Positions 39,186 to 48,939 of a DNA stretch of 64,000 nt are shown in pieces. A model generated the notes under the pieces. The model saw nothing but the letters and a program-made list of their open reading frames with translations. It did no database searches and was not told the DNA's origin. The stretch is taken from positions 13,298 to 77,297 of the forward strand of contig JACQWO010000003.1 in assembly GCA_016209225.1 (NCBI GenBank). Reading direction: 5' to 3'. Position 1 is the stretch's first letter. Each line of letters opens with the position of its first letter. Origin of the DNA: Desulfobacterales bacterium. GTDB lineage: Bacteria; Desulfobacterota; UBA8473. Made by a program: the position numbers and the translations under genes.

Positions 39186-39797
39186 ATGGATATTTTTATT
39201 TGGCCTTTAGTTGTTATTGTTATTAGTTTTATTGCAATGATTATCTTTAGATCTGCCCTTTCTCGTCTTATTGATCGTGTTTCTAAAGCCAGTAAAAATG
39301 GTATATCCTTCGATAGGGGGCAAGAGAGGGGAATACCAGAAACACCTCCTTTGTCCTTCGATGATCTTATGAAACTCCCAATCACAGCGTCTATTCTTGA
39401 TAGAGAAAAATATCTTAAAACCTATATCGAAACGCTTAAACTTAAATCCGATAGTGAAAAAACTGATGTTCTTATCCGGTTTCTCTCTTTTTCCCGTCTT
39501 GAAGTAGAATTTAATAATATTTCCTATCATATTTTTGGTAGCCAAGTTGGTCTCCTTAATCATTTATCGGGTAATTTATATGGCTTAACATTGGCACAAA
39601 TTGAACCAATTTATAATCTGGCAAAAGAAACATACCCATCTTCTTATGAAGATAGAACCCTTAATGACTGGCTTAATTATTTGATAACTAATAATCTGAT
39701 AATACAAAACAACGATAGAATAATTATCACTCAATATGGCAAAGATTTTTTAAAACATCTCATAGATACAAATCAAGTATATGAAAGATACGGTTAA
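39186..39797 (+). CDS. orphan membrane-anchored hypothetical protein with a possible C-terminal winged-helix domain
   Basis: 203 aa ORF with an N-terminal transmembrane helix, encoded in a markedly AT-rich stretch from about 39000 to 39950. I recognise no family. Confidence 0.45.
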   Translation: MDIFIWPLVVIVISFIAMIIFRSALSRLIDRVSKASKNGISFDRGQERGIPETPPLSFDDLMKLPITASILDREKYLKTYIETLKLKSDSEKTDVLIRFLSFSRLEVEFNNISYHIFGSQVGLLNHLSGNLYGLTLAQIEPIYNLAKETYPSSYEDRTLNDWLNYLITNNLIIQNNDRIIITQYGKDFLKHLIDTNQVYERYG

Positions 39798-39837
39798 CAA
39801 CAGGATCAAGCCGTCCCTGAAAAGCGGGCGGCTTATC

Positions 39838-39938
39838 CTGAACGTTGAGCCTGTAGAAAAACCCTGGATTTCTCTAACAATTACTTTATTAGATAGCAGA
39901 TTTATGATACTATCAATACAATAATATGAAGTCAAACC
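39838..39938 (+). repeat. direct repeat A (about 100 bp), partner of 40822-40917
   Basis: About 85% identical to the partner, and both share the core TAGAAAAACCTGGATTTCTC...AATTACTTTATTAGA...GTCAAACC. Confidence 0.6.
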
Positions 39939-40166
39939 GTTTAACCTTTACACAGGGAGATTGCAGTGGCCCGGTACAAAGATTATTCCTATTCCCAGGG
40001 AAAGTTCATCCCCATCTTTTTCGAGAAACAACTCCTACCAGGCACCTTTGAGTATTCCCTGAATCAAATTAACAACCTGAAAAAGTCTAAGCTGGTCGGA
40101 AAACTAATTCTCTGCCAAAGGACTTCTTCTACAGGCTTGGTATAGATAAAAACAAGAGGATTAACG

Positions 40167-40379
40167 TTGATGGAAAATGAACTACCTCGTATAAATAAGA
40201 CAGTACTGATAGTCACTCAACTTGGTGATGACAGTGAAGAAAAGCAGTATTGGCTGTCACAAACGATAGCCGACCGTTTTAATGCAATTGAATACAACCG
40301 GAGAATGGTTTATGGCATCCATAGAACTTCATCCAGACTTCAAAGACTTCTTGAGACTGCTGAACTCTTACAGCGTTGA
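40167..40379 (+). CDS. small hypothetical protein, possibly the partner of the nucleotidyltransferase
   Basis: 70 aa ORF overlapping the next gene in a different frame. This is a weak call. Confidence 0.25.
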   Translation: MMENELPRINKTVLIVTQLGDDSEEKQYWLSQTIADRFNAIEYNRRMVYGIHRTSSRLQRLLETAELLQR

Positions 40380-40761
40380 GTACCTTGTAGTCGGAGGATA
40401 TGCGGTGGGTTACCACGGTTATCCCCGTGCGACTGGAGACATGGATGTTTGGATTGCAGTCAGCGATGTAAATGCCGAGAGTACGGCAAAGGCTTTCCAT
40501 GCTTTCGGGATACCGGAACCGGAGACAACGAAACGGCTCTTTACTGAAAAGGACAAGGTTATCCGAATGGGTATCCCCCCGGTTCGGATTGAAGTGATAA
40601 CCGGGGCCTCTGGTGTCGAATTTGATGAATGTTACAAACGCCGTGAAATCGTGGAGATTGACGATGTTCTGGTAAACTTCATTTCGTTGGATGATCTGAA
40701 GTTAAACAAACGAGCAGCAGGTAGGCATAAGGATTTAGAGGATATAGAACATATCCCATAA
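40282..40761 (+). CDS. minimal nucleotidyltransferase-fold protein
   Basis: YLVVGGYAVGYHGYPRATGDMDVW carries the hG[GS]...D.D nucleotidyltransferase motif. The protein may start at Met 40312. Confidence 0.55.
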   Translation: MQLNTTGEWFMASIELHPDFKDFLRLLNSYSVEYLVVGGYAVGYHGYPRATGDMDVWIAVSDVNAESTAKAFHAFGIPEPETTKRLFTEKDKVIRMGIPPVRIEVITGASGVEFDECYKRREIVEIDDVLVNFISLDDLKLNKRAAGRHKDLEDIEHIP

Positions 40762-40821
40762 CAACCGCATCAACCAGTACTGACAATTCCGCTGCGCTCC
40801 TTTACAGCCGGTTACACGGAG

Positions 40822-40917
40822 CCTTGAACCTCTAGAAAAAACCTGGATTTCTCCGATAATTACTTTATTAGACGGCAGGTTTATGGTACTATCACTGCAA
40901 TAATATTAGGTCAAACC
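40822..40917 (+). repeat. direct repeat B (partner of 39838-39938)
   Basis: As for repeat A. It is followed by the hairpin CTGCCTGACAGGCAG. Confidence 0.6.
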
Positions 40918-40964
40918 CTGTCTGCCTGACAGGCAGGCGTTTAATCTTTTGACAAAGATATAAG

Positions 40965-41684
40965 ATGAAAAAGCTTTTTATTGATAATTGGAAATCTATA
41001 GAAATCTATCGGTTTATTCTCCTTTTTGGATTAGTATTAATACTCTCGGTTTCTTCCCCCAAACCGGCTTCATGTATTCCTCTGGAAGAAATAGTTGCTA
41101 AGGTTCAAGGGGTTTATCAAAGAACAAAGGACTTTAAAGCCGAGTTCATTCAGGAGTCTACCCTGAAATCCGTTAATAAAACTCAAGTGGCAAAGGGGAA
41201 AATATACTTTAAAAATCCAAGTAAACTGCGTTGGGATTATTATCATCCTAATAAACAGGAGATTGTTACAGACGGGAAGACCCTTTGGATGTATATATCT
41301 CAGGATAAACAGGTGATGATAAGTGAACTGTCAAAGGTATATCGCTCGAATACCTCTACTTTTTTCCTGTCTGGGATGGGAAATCTCAAGAGAGATTTTG
41401 ATGTCCAATTGGTTGAGCCGACTCAAAAAAACGAAGAGAAAGGCTACCTGTTGAGGCTCGTCCCTAAAGAATCTCAGTCGAATCTTAACGAGCTGTTTCT
41501 TTTAGTAGATAAAGTTACCTTTCAGGTAATGGAGACCTATTTTTACGATTTCTATGGAAACCTTATTCGAATTAAATTCAAAAATCCCGTTATAAACCGA
41601 GGATTGTCAGATTTAATATTCGTCTTCACCATCCCTAAAGGTGTTGAGGTTATAGAACCTCCTCAGATGTCCCAGGATCAATAA
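40965..41684 (+). CDS. LolA-like outer-membrane lipoprotein carrier protein
   Basis: A signal peptide plus the LolA-fold motifs (...FKAEFIQES...GKIYFKNPSKLRWDY...). Confidence 0.75.
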   Translation: MKKLFIDNWKSIEIYRFILLFGLVLILSVSSPKPASCIPLEEIVAKVQGVYQRTKDFKAEFIQESTLKSVNKTQVAKGKIYFKNPSKLRWDYYHPNKQEIVTDGKTLWMYISQDKQVMISELSKVYRSNTSTFFLSGMGNLKRDFDVQLVEPTQKNEEKGYLLRLVPKESQSNLNELFLLVDKVTFQVMETYFYDFYGNLIRIKFKNPVINRGLSDLIFVFTIPKGVEVIEPPQMSQDQ

Positions 41685-41808
41685 AAACTTTGTATATGTT
41701 ATGCTTATTGTGATGTATATTCAGAAAGTGGTAAATCCCTAATTTCCCACCATAATTACTCATAATCAGCAAATCCGTTAAGGTATATCAAAAAGGCAAA
41801 AATCTCCT

Positions 41809-43152
41809 ATGGAATTAAAAGAACGTGTGAGCCTGGTCAGTCTGGGTTGTCCGAAAAATCTTGTTGATACTGAGGTAATGCTGGGATTATTAATTGAAAA
41901 CGGCTACCGGGTATCCCAGCGAGAGGAAGAAGCTGAAATAATCATAGTTAACACTTGCGGCTTTATTAAAGAGGCAAAAGAGGAGTCTATAGAGACAATA
42001 CTGGAATTGGCAGAACTCAAGAAGAAGGGGAACTGCCGTCTCTTAGTCGTAGCAGGGTGTCTGCCACAGCGTTATCAGGATGCCCTTGTAGAGGAACTGC
42101 CTGAGGTAGATATTTTTATCGGTACCGGAGAGTTTCAAAAGGTGGTTGAAATTTTAGACAAAGTAAAGGAATCTGCAAATCCGTTAAAAAGTTATATTGG
42201 TGTTCCCCAGTTTATATACACCGATAAAACCCCCAGGGTGAATACCTTTTCTGATTATAGTGCTTATGTCAAGATAGCGGAAGGGTGTTCTAATTCTTGT
42301 TCTTATTGTGTTATCGGGAAAATACGGGGCAAATTTCGCAGTAGACCCCCGGACCATATTATAAGTGAAGTTAAAAATCTGGTGAGAATGGGGGTAAAAG
42401 AGATTAACCTAATTGGGCAGGATACTACCCTATATGGCAGAGACCTTAATCCAGTTACAGATCTGGAAGAGTTGTTGAGGAGATTGACTAAGGTTGACAA
42501 ACTTGAATGGATTCGTACCTTATATACCCATCCTGCCCATTTTACTGAAGGTCTGGTTAAGGTAATAAAAGAAGAGGGAAAGGTCTGTAACTATATAGAT
42601 CTGCCAATACAGCACATCAATAATAAGATATTAGAAGCTATGAACCGAAAGACAAAGGGTAAGTTTATCCGGAAATTGATAGAGAGGCTGAGAAAAGAAA
42701 TCCCAAATATCTGTATTCGTACCTCTCTGATCGTTGGGTTTCCGGGGGAGACTGACGAGCAGTTTGAGGAGTTGTTGAAATTTATTAAGGACGTAGAATT
42801 TGATAGACTGGGTGCCTTTGAGTATTCCAGGGAAGAGGGTACACCGGCATCTACCTTTTCAGATCAAATTTCGAAAAGAATAAAGACAAAAAGATACAGA
42901 AGATTAATGGAAACCCAGAAAGAGATTGCATTGAGGAATAATAAAAGACTTATAGGTACTACTACAAGGGTTCTCATAGAAGGAATAAATGAGGATACTG
43001 GATTATTGAAAGGAAGAATCCCATCACAGGCTCCGGAGATAGATGGGGTAACGTACCTTGCCAAGGGTCAGGCGGATCCGGGTGAAATTTTTGATGTTGT
43101 TATTACGGATGTCCATGAGTATGACTTGATGGGAAAACTAATAATCAAATAA
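41809..43152 (+). CDS. rimO: ribosomal protein S12 methylthiotransferase RimO (MiaB-like radical SAM)
   Basis: An MTTase N-terminal domain (SLGCPKN), the radical SAM motif CSNSCSYC, and a C-terminal TRAM domain. Confidence 0.8.
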   Translation: MELKERVSLVSLGCPKNLVDTEVMLGLLIENGYRVSQREEEAEIIIVNTCGFIKEAKEESIETILELAELKKKGNCRLLVVAGCLPQRYQDALVEELPEVDIFIGTGEFQKVVEILDKVKESANPLKSYIGVPQFIYTDKTPRVNTFSDYSAYVKIAEGCSNSCSYCVIGKIRGKFRSRPPDHIISEVKNLVRMGVKEINLIGQDTTLYGRDLNPVTDLEELLRRLTKVDKLEWIRTLYTHPAHFTEGLVKVIKEEGKVCNYIDLPIQHINNKILEAMNRKTKGKFIRKLIERLRKEIPNICIRTSLIVGFPGETDEQFEELLKFIKDVEFDRLGAFEYSREEGTPASTFSDQISKRIKTKRYRRLMETQKEIALRNNKRLIGTTTRVLIEGINEDTGLLKGRIPSQAPEIDGVTYLAKGQADPGEIFDVVITDVHEYDLMGKLIIK

Positions 43153-43167
43153 AATGCCATTTTTAGA

Positions 43168-43195
43168 TTGACAAAAGATGAATATTTTGTATTAT
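43168..43195 (+). promoter_or_regulatory. candidate sigma70 promoter (TTGACA, 16 bp spacer, TATTAT with upstream TG)
   Basis: It lies downstream of the rimO stop and about 110 nt upstream of the dksA-like gene. Confidence 0.4.
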
Positions 43196-43252
43196 CCGTT
43201 TCCTAATCAGATGCTATTGCTATTGAGAGATGTATACCATGGTAATTCGTAT

Positions 43253-43273
43253 CCGTTCACAGTTTACGGTTGG
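43253..43273. repeat. heptamer array CCGTTCACAGTTTACGGTTGG in the dksA-like 5' leader
   Basis: From the same TTCACGG-family motif as the other four arrays. Confidence 0.4.
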
Positions 43274-43307
43274 CAAAAATTAAAATACAATTTAAAAGGG
43301 AGCTGTT

Positions 43308-43721
43308 GTGTACGAATCAGCAAAAGAACTATTACTGAAAATGAAAGAAGATATACTAAACGAGATAATAGAGAGTATGAAGGAGGAGTCAAGCAAGTCC
43401 CGGTTTGAATTGGGGGATATCATGGATTTAGCTGGTGATGAAAGGGACAGAGAACTATCCCTTCTGCTGTGCGATCGTGACAGGAAGAAAATTATTGAAA
43501 TAGAGGAGGCATTGGAAAAGATTGAGGAAGGAACATATGGTGTTTGTGAAAGATGCAGAAAAAAAATCAATGAGAATCGATTAAAAGTAATGCCTTTTGC
43601 TCGGTTATGTGTGCCTTGCAAGAGCGAGTTAGAAAAAGAAGAACCCAAGATTAAGAGAGTGAGTGAGGGAGTGGTTTATCGGAATCTGGTATATATGGAT
43701 ACTGAGGAAGACGAAGATTAG
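43308..43721 (+). CDS. DksA/TraR family C4-type zinc-finger protein
   Basis: CERCRKKI...CVPC matches the C4 zinc finger. The start codon is GTG. Confidence 0.75.
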   Translation: MYESAKELLLKMKEDILNEIIESMKEESSKSRFELGDIMDLAGDERDRELSLLLCDRDRKKIIEIEEALEKIEEGTYGVCERCRKKINENRLKVMPFARLCVPCKSELEKEEPKIKRVSEGVVYRNLVYMDTEEDED

Positions 43722-43740
43722 TTAAAGGATAAATACTAGG

Positions 43741-44748
43741 ATGAGAAGGATACTGAGTACTAGAAGAGGACTGGAAATTATATCGAAGTTCGAAAAATCA
43801 AAGATCCTTGTAATCGGTGATATAATGGTAGATCAGTTTGTATGGGGAAAGGTATCCAGAATTTCTCCTGAAGCCCCTGTTCCTGTGGTTAACGTTACCT
43901 CCGAGAGCCTGCTTTTGGGTGGTGCCGCTAATGTAGTAAACAACATTTGCTCTTTGGAGGGAAAGGTACTGGTGTGTGGAGTAGTTGGAAATGATGAGAT
44001 GGGGAATAAACTAATTGGTGATCTCAGGAATATGGGAGTTGATCCTGATGGAATAATTATTGAGAATAACCGCCCTACCACGGTAAAGACAAGAATAATA
44101 GCCCATAGCCAACAGGTAGTTAGGTACGATCGTGAAGATATCTCAGAGATTGCTCTTTCCAGTATGCATAAGGTCATTTCGTACCTCAGAAAGAATTTGA
44201 ATGGTTTAGATGCCGTTATTATATCAGATTATGGAAAGGGGGTAGTCTCTGAACAACTTATCAGGGAAGTCCTCCGTATTGTCAGGGACAACGAGAAGAT
44301 CATATCCGTTGACCCAAAGGTAAGCAAATTTTCTTTTTATAAGGGTGTCACAGTAATCACGCCTAATAATAATGAGGCTAGTGAGGCTTCTGGTATTGAG
44401 ATTAAAGATGAGGATACTTTACTGCGAGTTGGGGAGATTTTGTTAAATAAATTAGCCTGTAAATTGCTTTTAATCACTCGTGGTGAAGAAGGTATGACTT
44501 TGTTTGAGGACAACGGAGACGTAACTCACATTCCAACTCTGGCAAAAGAGGTCTATGATGTGACTGGAGCTGGTGACACAGTAATAAGCGCTCTGACACT
44601 GGGATTAACAGTAGGGGCTTCTTTAAAAGAGGCAGCAGTTATTGCCAATTACGCCGCCGGGATTGTAGTAGGAGAGATAGGAACAGCTGCAGTAACCAGG
44701 GGTGAGTTAATAGAAGCAATAAAGAGAAATAAAGTCAGAAAAGGATGA
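43741..44748 (+). CDS. rfaE: D-glycero-beta-D-manno-heptose-7-phosphate kinase (RfaE/HldE domain I, PfkB family)
   Basis: A ribokinase-like fold with the GAGD motif (VTGAGDTV). Confidence 0.8.
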   Translation: MRRILSTRRGLEIISKFEKSKILVIGDIMVDQFVWGKVSRISPEAPVPVVNVTSESLLLGGAANVVNNICSLEGKVLVCGVVGNDEMGNKLIGDLRNMGVDPDGIIIENNRPTTVKTRIIAHSQQVVRYDREDISEIALSSMHKVISYLRKNLNGLDAVIISDYGKGVVSEQLIREVLRIVRDNEKIISVDPKVSKFSFYKGVTVITPNNNEASEASGIEIKDEDTLLRVGEILLNKLACKLLLITRGEEGMTLFEDNGDVTHIPTLAKEVYDVTGAGDTVISALTLGLTVGASLKEAAVIANYAAGIVVGEIGTAAVTRGELIEAIKRNKVRKG

Positions 44749-45272
44749 GTAAACCTAAGACTCCTGAGTCAGTTAAATTGATAGCAAGTGTATTTTCCCA
44801 AACCCAAGAGTTGATTACGGCGGTCATAAAAGAGTTATCTAAGAAATTTGGCAGTGTTGATTTTATTTCCGAGATATTCCCTTTTGAATTCACATCATAC
44901 TATGAAAAAGAGATGGGTGAGGGTTTAATTCGGAGGTTTTTCTCATTTAATAAGATGGTTTTGCCCTATAGTCTGTCCCATATAAAACTCTATACCAATA
45001 AAATAGAAGGGCATTTTTCTAACCATCAGGGAAACAGAAGGTTGAACATTGACCCTGGTTATATTTCTTTAAGCCATCTCATACTGGCAACAGGAAAAGG
45101 GTATGCTCACAGACCCCATTTAAGAGATGGGATATATGCTGATTTAACCCTGATATATGAAGATAAAAGCTTTCATGCTTTAGATTGGACATATCCTGAC
45201 TATAGGTCTAAAGATATAATAGAATTGATGAATACAATTAGAAAAAAATATGTGTTTCAACTTAAGGGTTGA
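44745..45272 (+). CDS. conserved hypothetical protein (DUF4416-like)
   Basis: The motifs NIDPGY and LATGKGYAHR are present. The DUF4416 assignment is from memory and needs a profile search. Confidence 0.5.
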   Translation: MSKPKTPESVKLIASVFSQTQELITAVIKELSKKFGSVDFISEIFPFEFTSYYEKEMGEGLIRRFFSFNKMVLPYSLSHIKLYTNKIEGHFSNHQGNRRLNIDPGYISLSHLILATGKGYAHRPHLRDGIYADLTLIYEDKSFHALDWTYPDYRSKDIIELMNTIRKKYVFQLKG

Positions 45273-45286
45273 AAGAGAAGAGAATT

Positions 45287-46171
45287 ATGTTAAAGAGTAT
45301 GACAGGGTATGGCTCTGGAGAATGTGTCTTCGAAGGTGGTCGTATAGTTGCTGAGGTTAAATCGGTTAATCACAGGTATATGGATATCTCTTGCAAGGTC
45401 CCCAAGAGATTTTCTCCTATGGAAAGTCAGGCAAGAAAGACTATCTCCAAGAGATTTTCCAGGGGGCGCTTTGAGGTTACTATCCAATCAGATTTTGACG
45501 TAGGAGAGAACCAGAGGCGAGGGTTTGAATTAAATCTTCCTTTAGCGCAAGAATATTGTTCTGTTTTAAAAGAGTTAAAAGACAAATTACATCTGAGTGA
45601 AGAAATCAGCTTAAGTTTGCTGGCAGGGGTTAGGGATATAATCGTTGTTAAAGATATAGAATCTAACCAGGAAGGGGAGGAAAAGGCATTTAATGAAGCG
45701 TTTAACGATGCCTTAAATTCTCTGGAAAGGATGAGGGAATCTGAAGGAGAAATACTTTACAAAGACCTTTTGGAGAGATTGAATAGCGTTGAAAAGCTAA
45801 TTGACAGCATTAGGGTTAGGTCCCCGCAGGTATTGGTATTTTACAGAGATAGACTTGCTAAAAGAGTTAAGGAACTGGGCGAAGTTTTTGAACTTGATCC
45901 TCAGCGACTTAACCAGGAAATAGCCTTCCTTGCAGAAAGGAGTGATATTACTGAAGAGCTGGTTCGTATCACAAGTCATCTTGAACAATTCAAGATGATA
46001 ATGAGCACTTATGACTCTGCAGGAAGAAAATTGGATTTTCTGCTTCAAGAGATAAATCGTGAAGTCAATACCATAGCGTCCAAGGCCAACGATGCAGATA
46101 TTTCCCAGAAAGCAGTAGATATCAAAAGTGAGATGGAAAAGATAAGAGAGCAGATTCAAAATATAGAATAA
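45287..46171 (+). CDS. yicC: YicC family stress-induced protein
   Basis: The N-terminus MLKSMTGYG matches YicC. The start is the internal ATG of the ORF-track call. Confidence 0.85.
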   Translation: MLKSMTGYGSGECVFEGGRIVAEVKSVNHRYMDISCKVPKRFSPMESQARKTISKRFSRGRFEVTIQSDFDVGENQRRGFELNLPLAQEYCSVLKELKDKLHLSEEISLSLLAGVRDIIVVKDIESNQEGEEKAFNEAFNDALNSLERMRESEGEILYKDLLERLNSVEKLIDSIRVRSPQVLVFYRDRLAKRVKELGEVFELDPQRLNQEIAFLAERSDITEELVRITSHLEQFKMIMSTYDSAGRKLDFLLQEINREVNTIASKANDADISQKAVDIKSEMEKIREQIQNIE

Positions 46172-46208
46172 CTTATATCAAGTATTCTAAATTCTAAAAA
46201 GTCGGAGG

Positions 46209-46472
46209 ATGTCGATGAGTTTAAAATTATTAAATATCGGATTTGGAAATGTAGTTGTGTCATCAAGGGTGGTAGCAATTGTTTCTCCTAGTTCTGCCCC
46301 CATGAAGAGGCTGAAAGATGAAGCAAAAAAGGATAAAAGACTTATAGATGCTTCTCAGGGAAGGAAGACCAGGTCTATTATTGTTACCGATAGTAACCAT
46401 GTTGTGCTATCTGCGGTCCAGGCAGAAACGGTTGCGCAAAGATTCGATTCTGATGATTCAAAGATAACTTAA
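46209..46472 (+). CDS. DUF370 / RemA-like protein
   Basis: 87 aa ORF ([10 protein letters not shown]...). The gene order yicC, DUF370, gmk is conserved. Confidence 0.8.
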   Translation: MSMSLKLLNIGFGNVVVSSRVVAIVSPSSAPMKRLKDEAKKDKRLIDASQGRKTRSIIVTDSNHVVLSAVQAETVAQRFDSDDSKIT

Positions 46473-46502
46473 AACCTGAACCCACCTATCAGACTGATTT
46501 AA

Positions 46503-47114
46503 ATGAACAAAAAGGGATTGTTATTTATAATATCAGCTCCATCTGGTGCTGGCAAAACATCCTTGTGTAAAGAGGTTGTAAAATTCTTTCCTAACTTATA
46601 TCACTCAGTGTCTTGTACTACAAGGCTTCCTCGGCCAGGAGAGAAAGATGGTGAAGATTATCTTTTTGTCTCTAACGATAAGTTCCAGAAGATGATAGAT
46701 GATAGGAGATTTGTCGAATGGGCTGAGATTCATGGTAATAGATATGGAACAACCATAGATTCGTTAAAAGAGTACCGGCATAAGGGAATTGACATAATTC
46801 TCGACATAGATGGACAGGGGGGCAGACAACTTAAGAATGAGTATCCAGATGGCATCTATATATTTATTCTTCCCCCTTCATGGAAGGATTTGGAAGAGAG
46901 GTTAAGATTAAGGAGTACAGATAGTGATGAGGATATTGAAAAGCGGTTAAAAAATGCAAAAGAAGAACTTCAGTACATTTATAACTATGATTACATAGTG
47001 GTGAATAATGATTTAGAAGAGGCAGTATCCGCACTGAAATCAATAATAATTGCGGAGAAGTGTCGAAAAGATAGGGTTTTACCGTTGGTTAAGGGTCTCT
47101 TTCAACTGCCCTAA
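46503..47114 (+). CDS. gmk: guanylate kinase
   Basis: The P-loop reads SAPSGAGKTS, and the sequence shows the guanylate kinase fold. Confidence 0.95.
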   Translation: MNKKGLLFIISAPSGAGKTSLCKEVVKFFPNLYHSVSCTTRLPRPGEKDGEDYLFVSNDKFQKMIDDRRFVEWAEIHGNRYGTTIDSLKEYRHKGIDIILDIDGQGGRQLKNEYPDGIYIFILPPSWKDLEERLRLRSTDSDEDIEKRLKNAKEELQYIYNYDYIVVNNDLEEAVSALKSIIIAEKCRKDRVLPLVKGLFQLP

Positions 47115-47119
47115 AGTTT

Positions 47120-47272
47120 GATGGACTCGTAAAAAGTCAAAATTGGGATGGCAAAGTAAAAAGCTCCAGATGCAAGGCGCGCAAATCCTGAGAAGTGAAG
47201 CGTACTTAGGGGTACGCTGCAACGACTAAAGATGCAGTGCAACGCCGCAGATGGACTTTTTACGAAGCCATC
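47120..47272 (+). repeat. MITE-like element, copy 4 (target-site duplication AAGTTT)
   Basis: AAGTTT lies at 47114-47119, overlapping the last base of the gmk stop, and again at 47273-47278. The copy is about 97% identical to copy 1. Confidence 0.8.
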
Positions 47273-47314
47273 AAGTTTTAATAATATGCTTTATTAATAG
47301 AGAGGGCAAATTTA

Positions 47315-48055
47315 GTGCTAGTTAAAGGGCTTGACCCGAAGGATAGGCTTATTATAGCCCTGGATGTAGATAACCTCCAAGATGTTAAGAGACTGGTAGA
47401 GCAACTTCGGGATTATGCAGGAATTTTTAAAGTCGGTAAGCAACTCTATACCAATACCGGGCCTGAGATTTTAGAGATAATCCACAAAAATGGGGGGAAA
47501 GTATTCTTAGACTTAAAGTTTCATGATATTCCCAATACAGTTGCCAAAGCTGGACAGGAGGCTGTTAAGCTTAAGGTTTTTATGTATAATCTTCACGCCC
47601 TTGGTGGTTTTGATATGATGAAAATGGCTGTTGATTTTACAAAGACCAAAGCCAAGGAACTGAATATTCCAAGACCTATTGTGTTGGCAGTGACACTGCT
47701 TACCAGCTTGAATGAAAAGGATATTAGAGAGGTTGGGATCAACTATTCAGTAGATGAGGAAGTTCTCCGACTGGCTAAGCTTTCCAAAAAAGCAGGGGTT
47801 GACGGTGTAGTAGCTTCCCCCAGAGAAGTTAGGATAATCAGAGAAAGCCTCAATGAAGACTTTATAATTGTGACTCCTGGAATAAGACCAAAACCTGAAG
47901 TCATTGATGACCAGAAACGGATTATGACTCCTAAAGAGGCGATACTAGCAGGTTCGGATTTTATAGTAATCGGTCGTCCTATAATTGAAGCTTCAGACCC
48001 GGTTGAATCGGCTAAAGGGGTTTTAGAGGATATGAAAAAAGGATTGGTTGTGTGA
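47315..48055 (+). CDS. pyrF: orotidine 5'-phosphate decarboxylase
   Basis: The start codon is GTG with ribosome-binding site AGAGAGGG. The catalytic Lys lies in VFLDLKFHDIPNT. Confidence 0.9.
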   Translation: MLVKGLDPKDRLIIALDVDNLQDVKRLVEQLRDYAGIFKVGKQLYTNTGPEILEIIHKNGGKVFLDLKFHDIPNTVAKAGQEAVKLKVFMYNLHALGGFDMMKMAVDFTKTKAKELNIPRPIVLAVTLLTSLNEKDIREVGINYSVDEEVLRLAKLSKKAGVDGVVASPREVRIIRESLNEDFIIVTPGIRPKPEVIDDQKRIMTPKEAILAGSDFIVIGRPIIEASDPVESAKGVLEDMKKGLVV

Positions 48056-48073
48056 GTTTCATGGGAGGAGTCT

Positions 48074-48583
48074 TCATTTTTTCTCCACTCCAAAATGCCT
48101 TTCCCATTCATCCAAAAGCTGATGCTCTTTTGGACATTCCAGATAGTTTTCTATTCTTCCTATATTAAAATCCCCCAAGGTTTCCACTCCAAAATTTCTA
48201 CTCCAGAGCTTTTTAATTTTGTGTTGTTTTTGAATATCTTTATATCTGCCCATGATCAAGAACGATGTCCTCTCCCTTATATCCTTAACTACATTAGGTA
48301 TGAAATGTGTGGGCTTGGTGCCCAGAATCAGATGGGTATGATTTGGGTGAATAACCAAACCGAAAAGCTCATATCCCTTTGTGGTGGTAACCTCTTTAAA
48401 GATTGCCTCCAATTCTCTTGATATTTCATGGGTAATTATTGGCAGATATCTGGGGGTAAAAAGGATTAGGTGGTAATAGATTCTGTAAACGACGTTTAAA
48501 GATTTCTCCCAATGAATCTCTCTTACGGGCTGGAAATAGGACGACAGGATAGTGTTTATCATAATCTCCTCGCAAAAGATCAA
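48074..48583 (-). mobile_element. tnpA: IS200/IS605-family element: Y1 HuH transposase TnpA
   Basis: HuH reads HPNHTHLIL, the N-terminal beta-strand YHLILFTPRY is present, and the C-terminus reads LWSRNFGVETLG...ENYLE. The gene sits 18 nt after the pyrF stop. Confidence 0.75.
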
Positions 48584-48939
48584 GCTTATGCTTTTTCTAA
48601 ATGGATAGAACTATAACCAATTTTATCTTCTTAGTCAATAAGTTATCTGAATAGGCAAGACTTGCCAGAATATAACCGATATTAAGGAGGCTCCATGAAT
48701 GCCTTATTTGAGGAATAGATACCTGCCTAGCCATAAAAATGCATGCAATATATTTTTCTTGACTTCCAAAACCCTTTAACCTATTATTTTCCTTAAAAAA
48801 GTCAGTTTTTGTAAAGTATATTAGAACTGATATCTTTGCATATTATCTAATACTGTTTCAAATAAATTTGGATAAGATTTGTAGGTGTAATGCTAGGAAA
48901 AGTAATGTGTCCAAAAACCTCTAAATTGGATATAGATAT

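Noticed and set aside
48095-48421. A 108 aa plus-strand ORF
   Set aside because: It is antisense to the IS200-family tnpA and overlaps it fully, so it is a shadow ORF.
48074-48583. A claim that the IS200-type TnpA is catalytically dead, because the residue at the recalled catalytic-Tyr position looked like Phe
   Set aside because: My recollection of the exact catalytic Tyr position in HuH Y1 transposases is uncertain. A Tyr is present in the C-terminal helix (ENYLE), so I make no inactivity claim.
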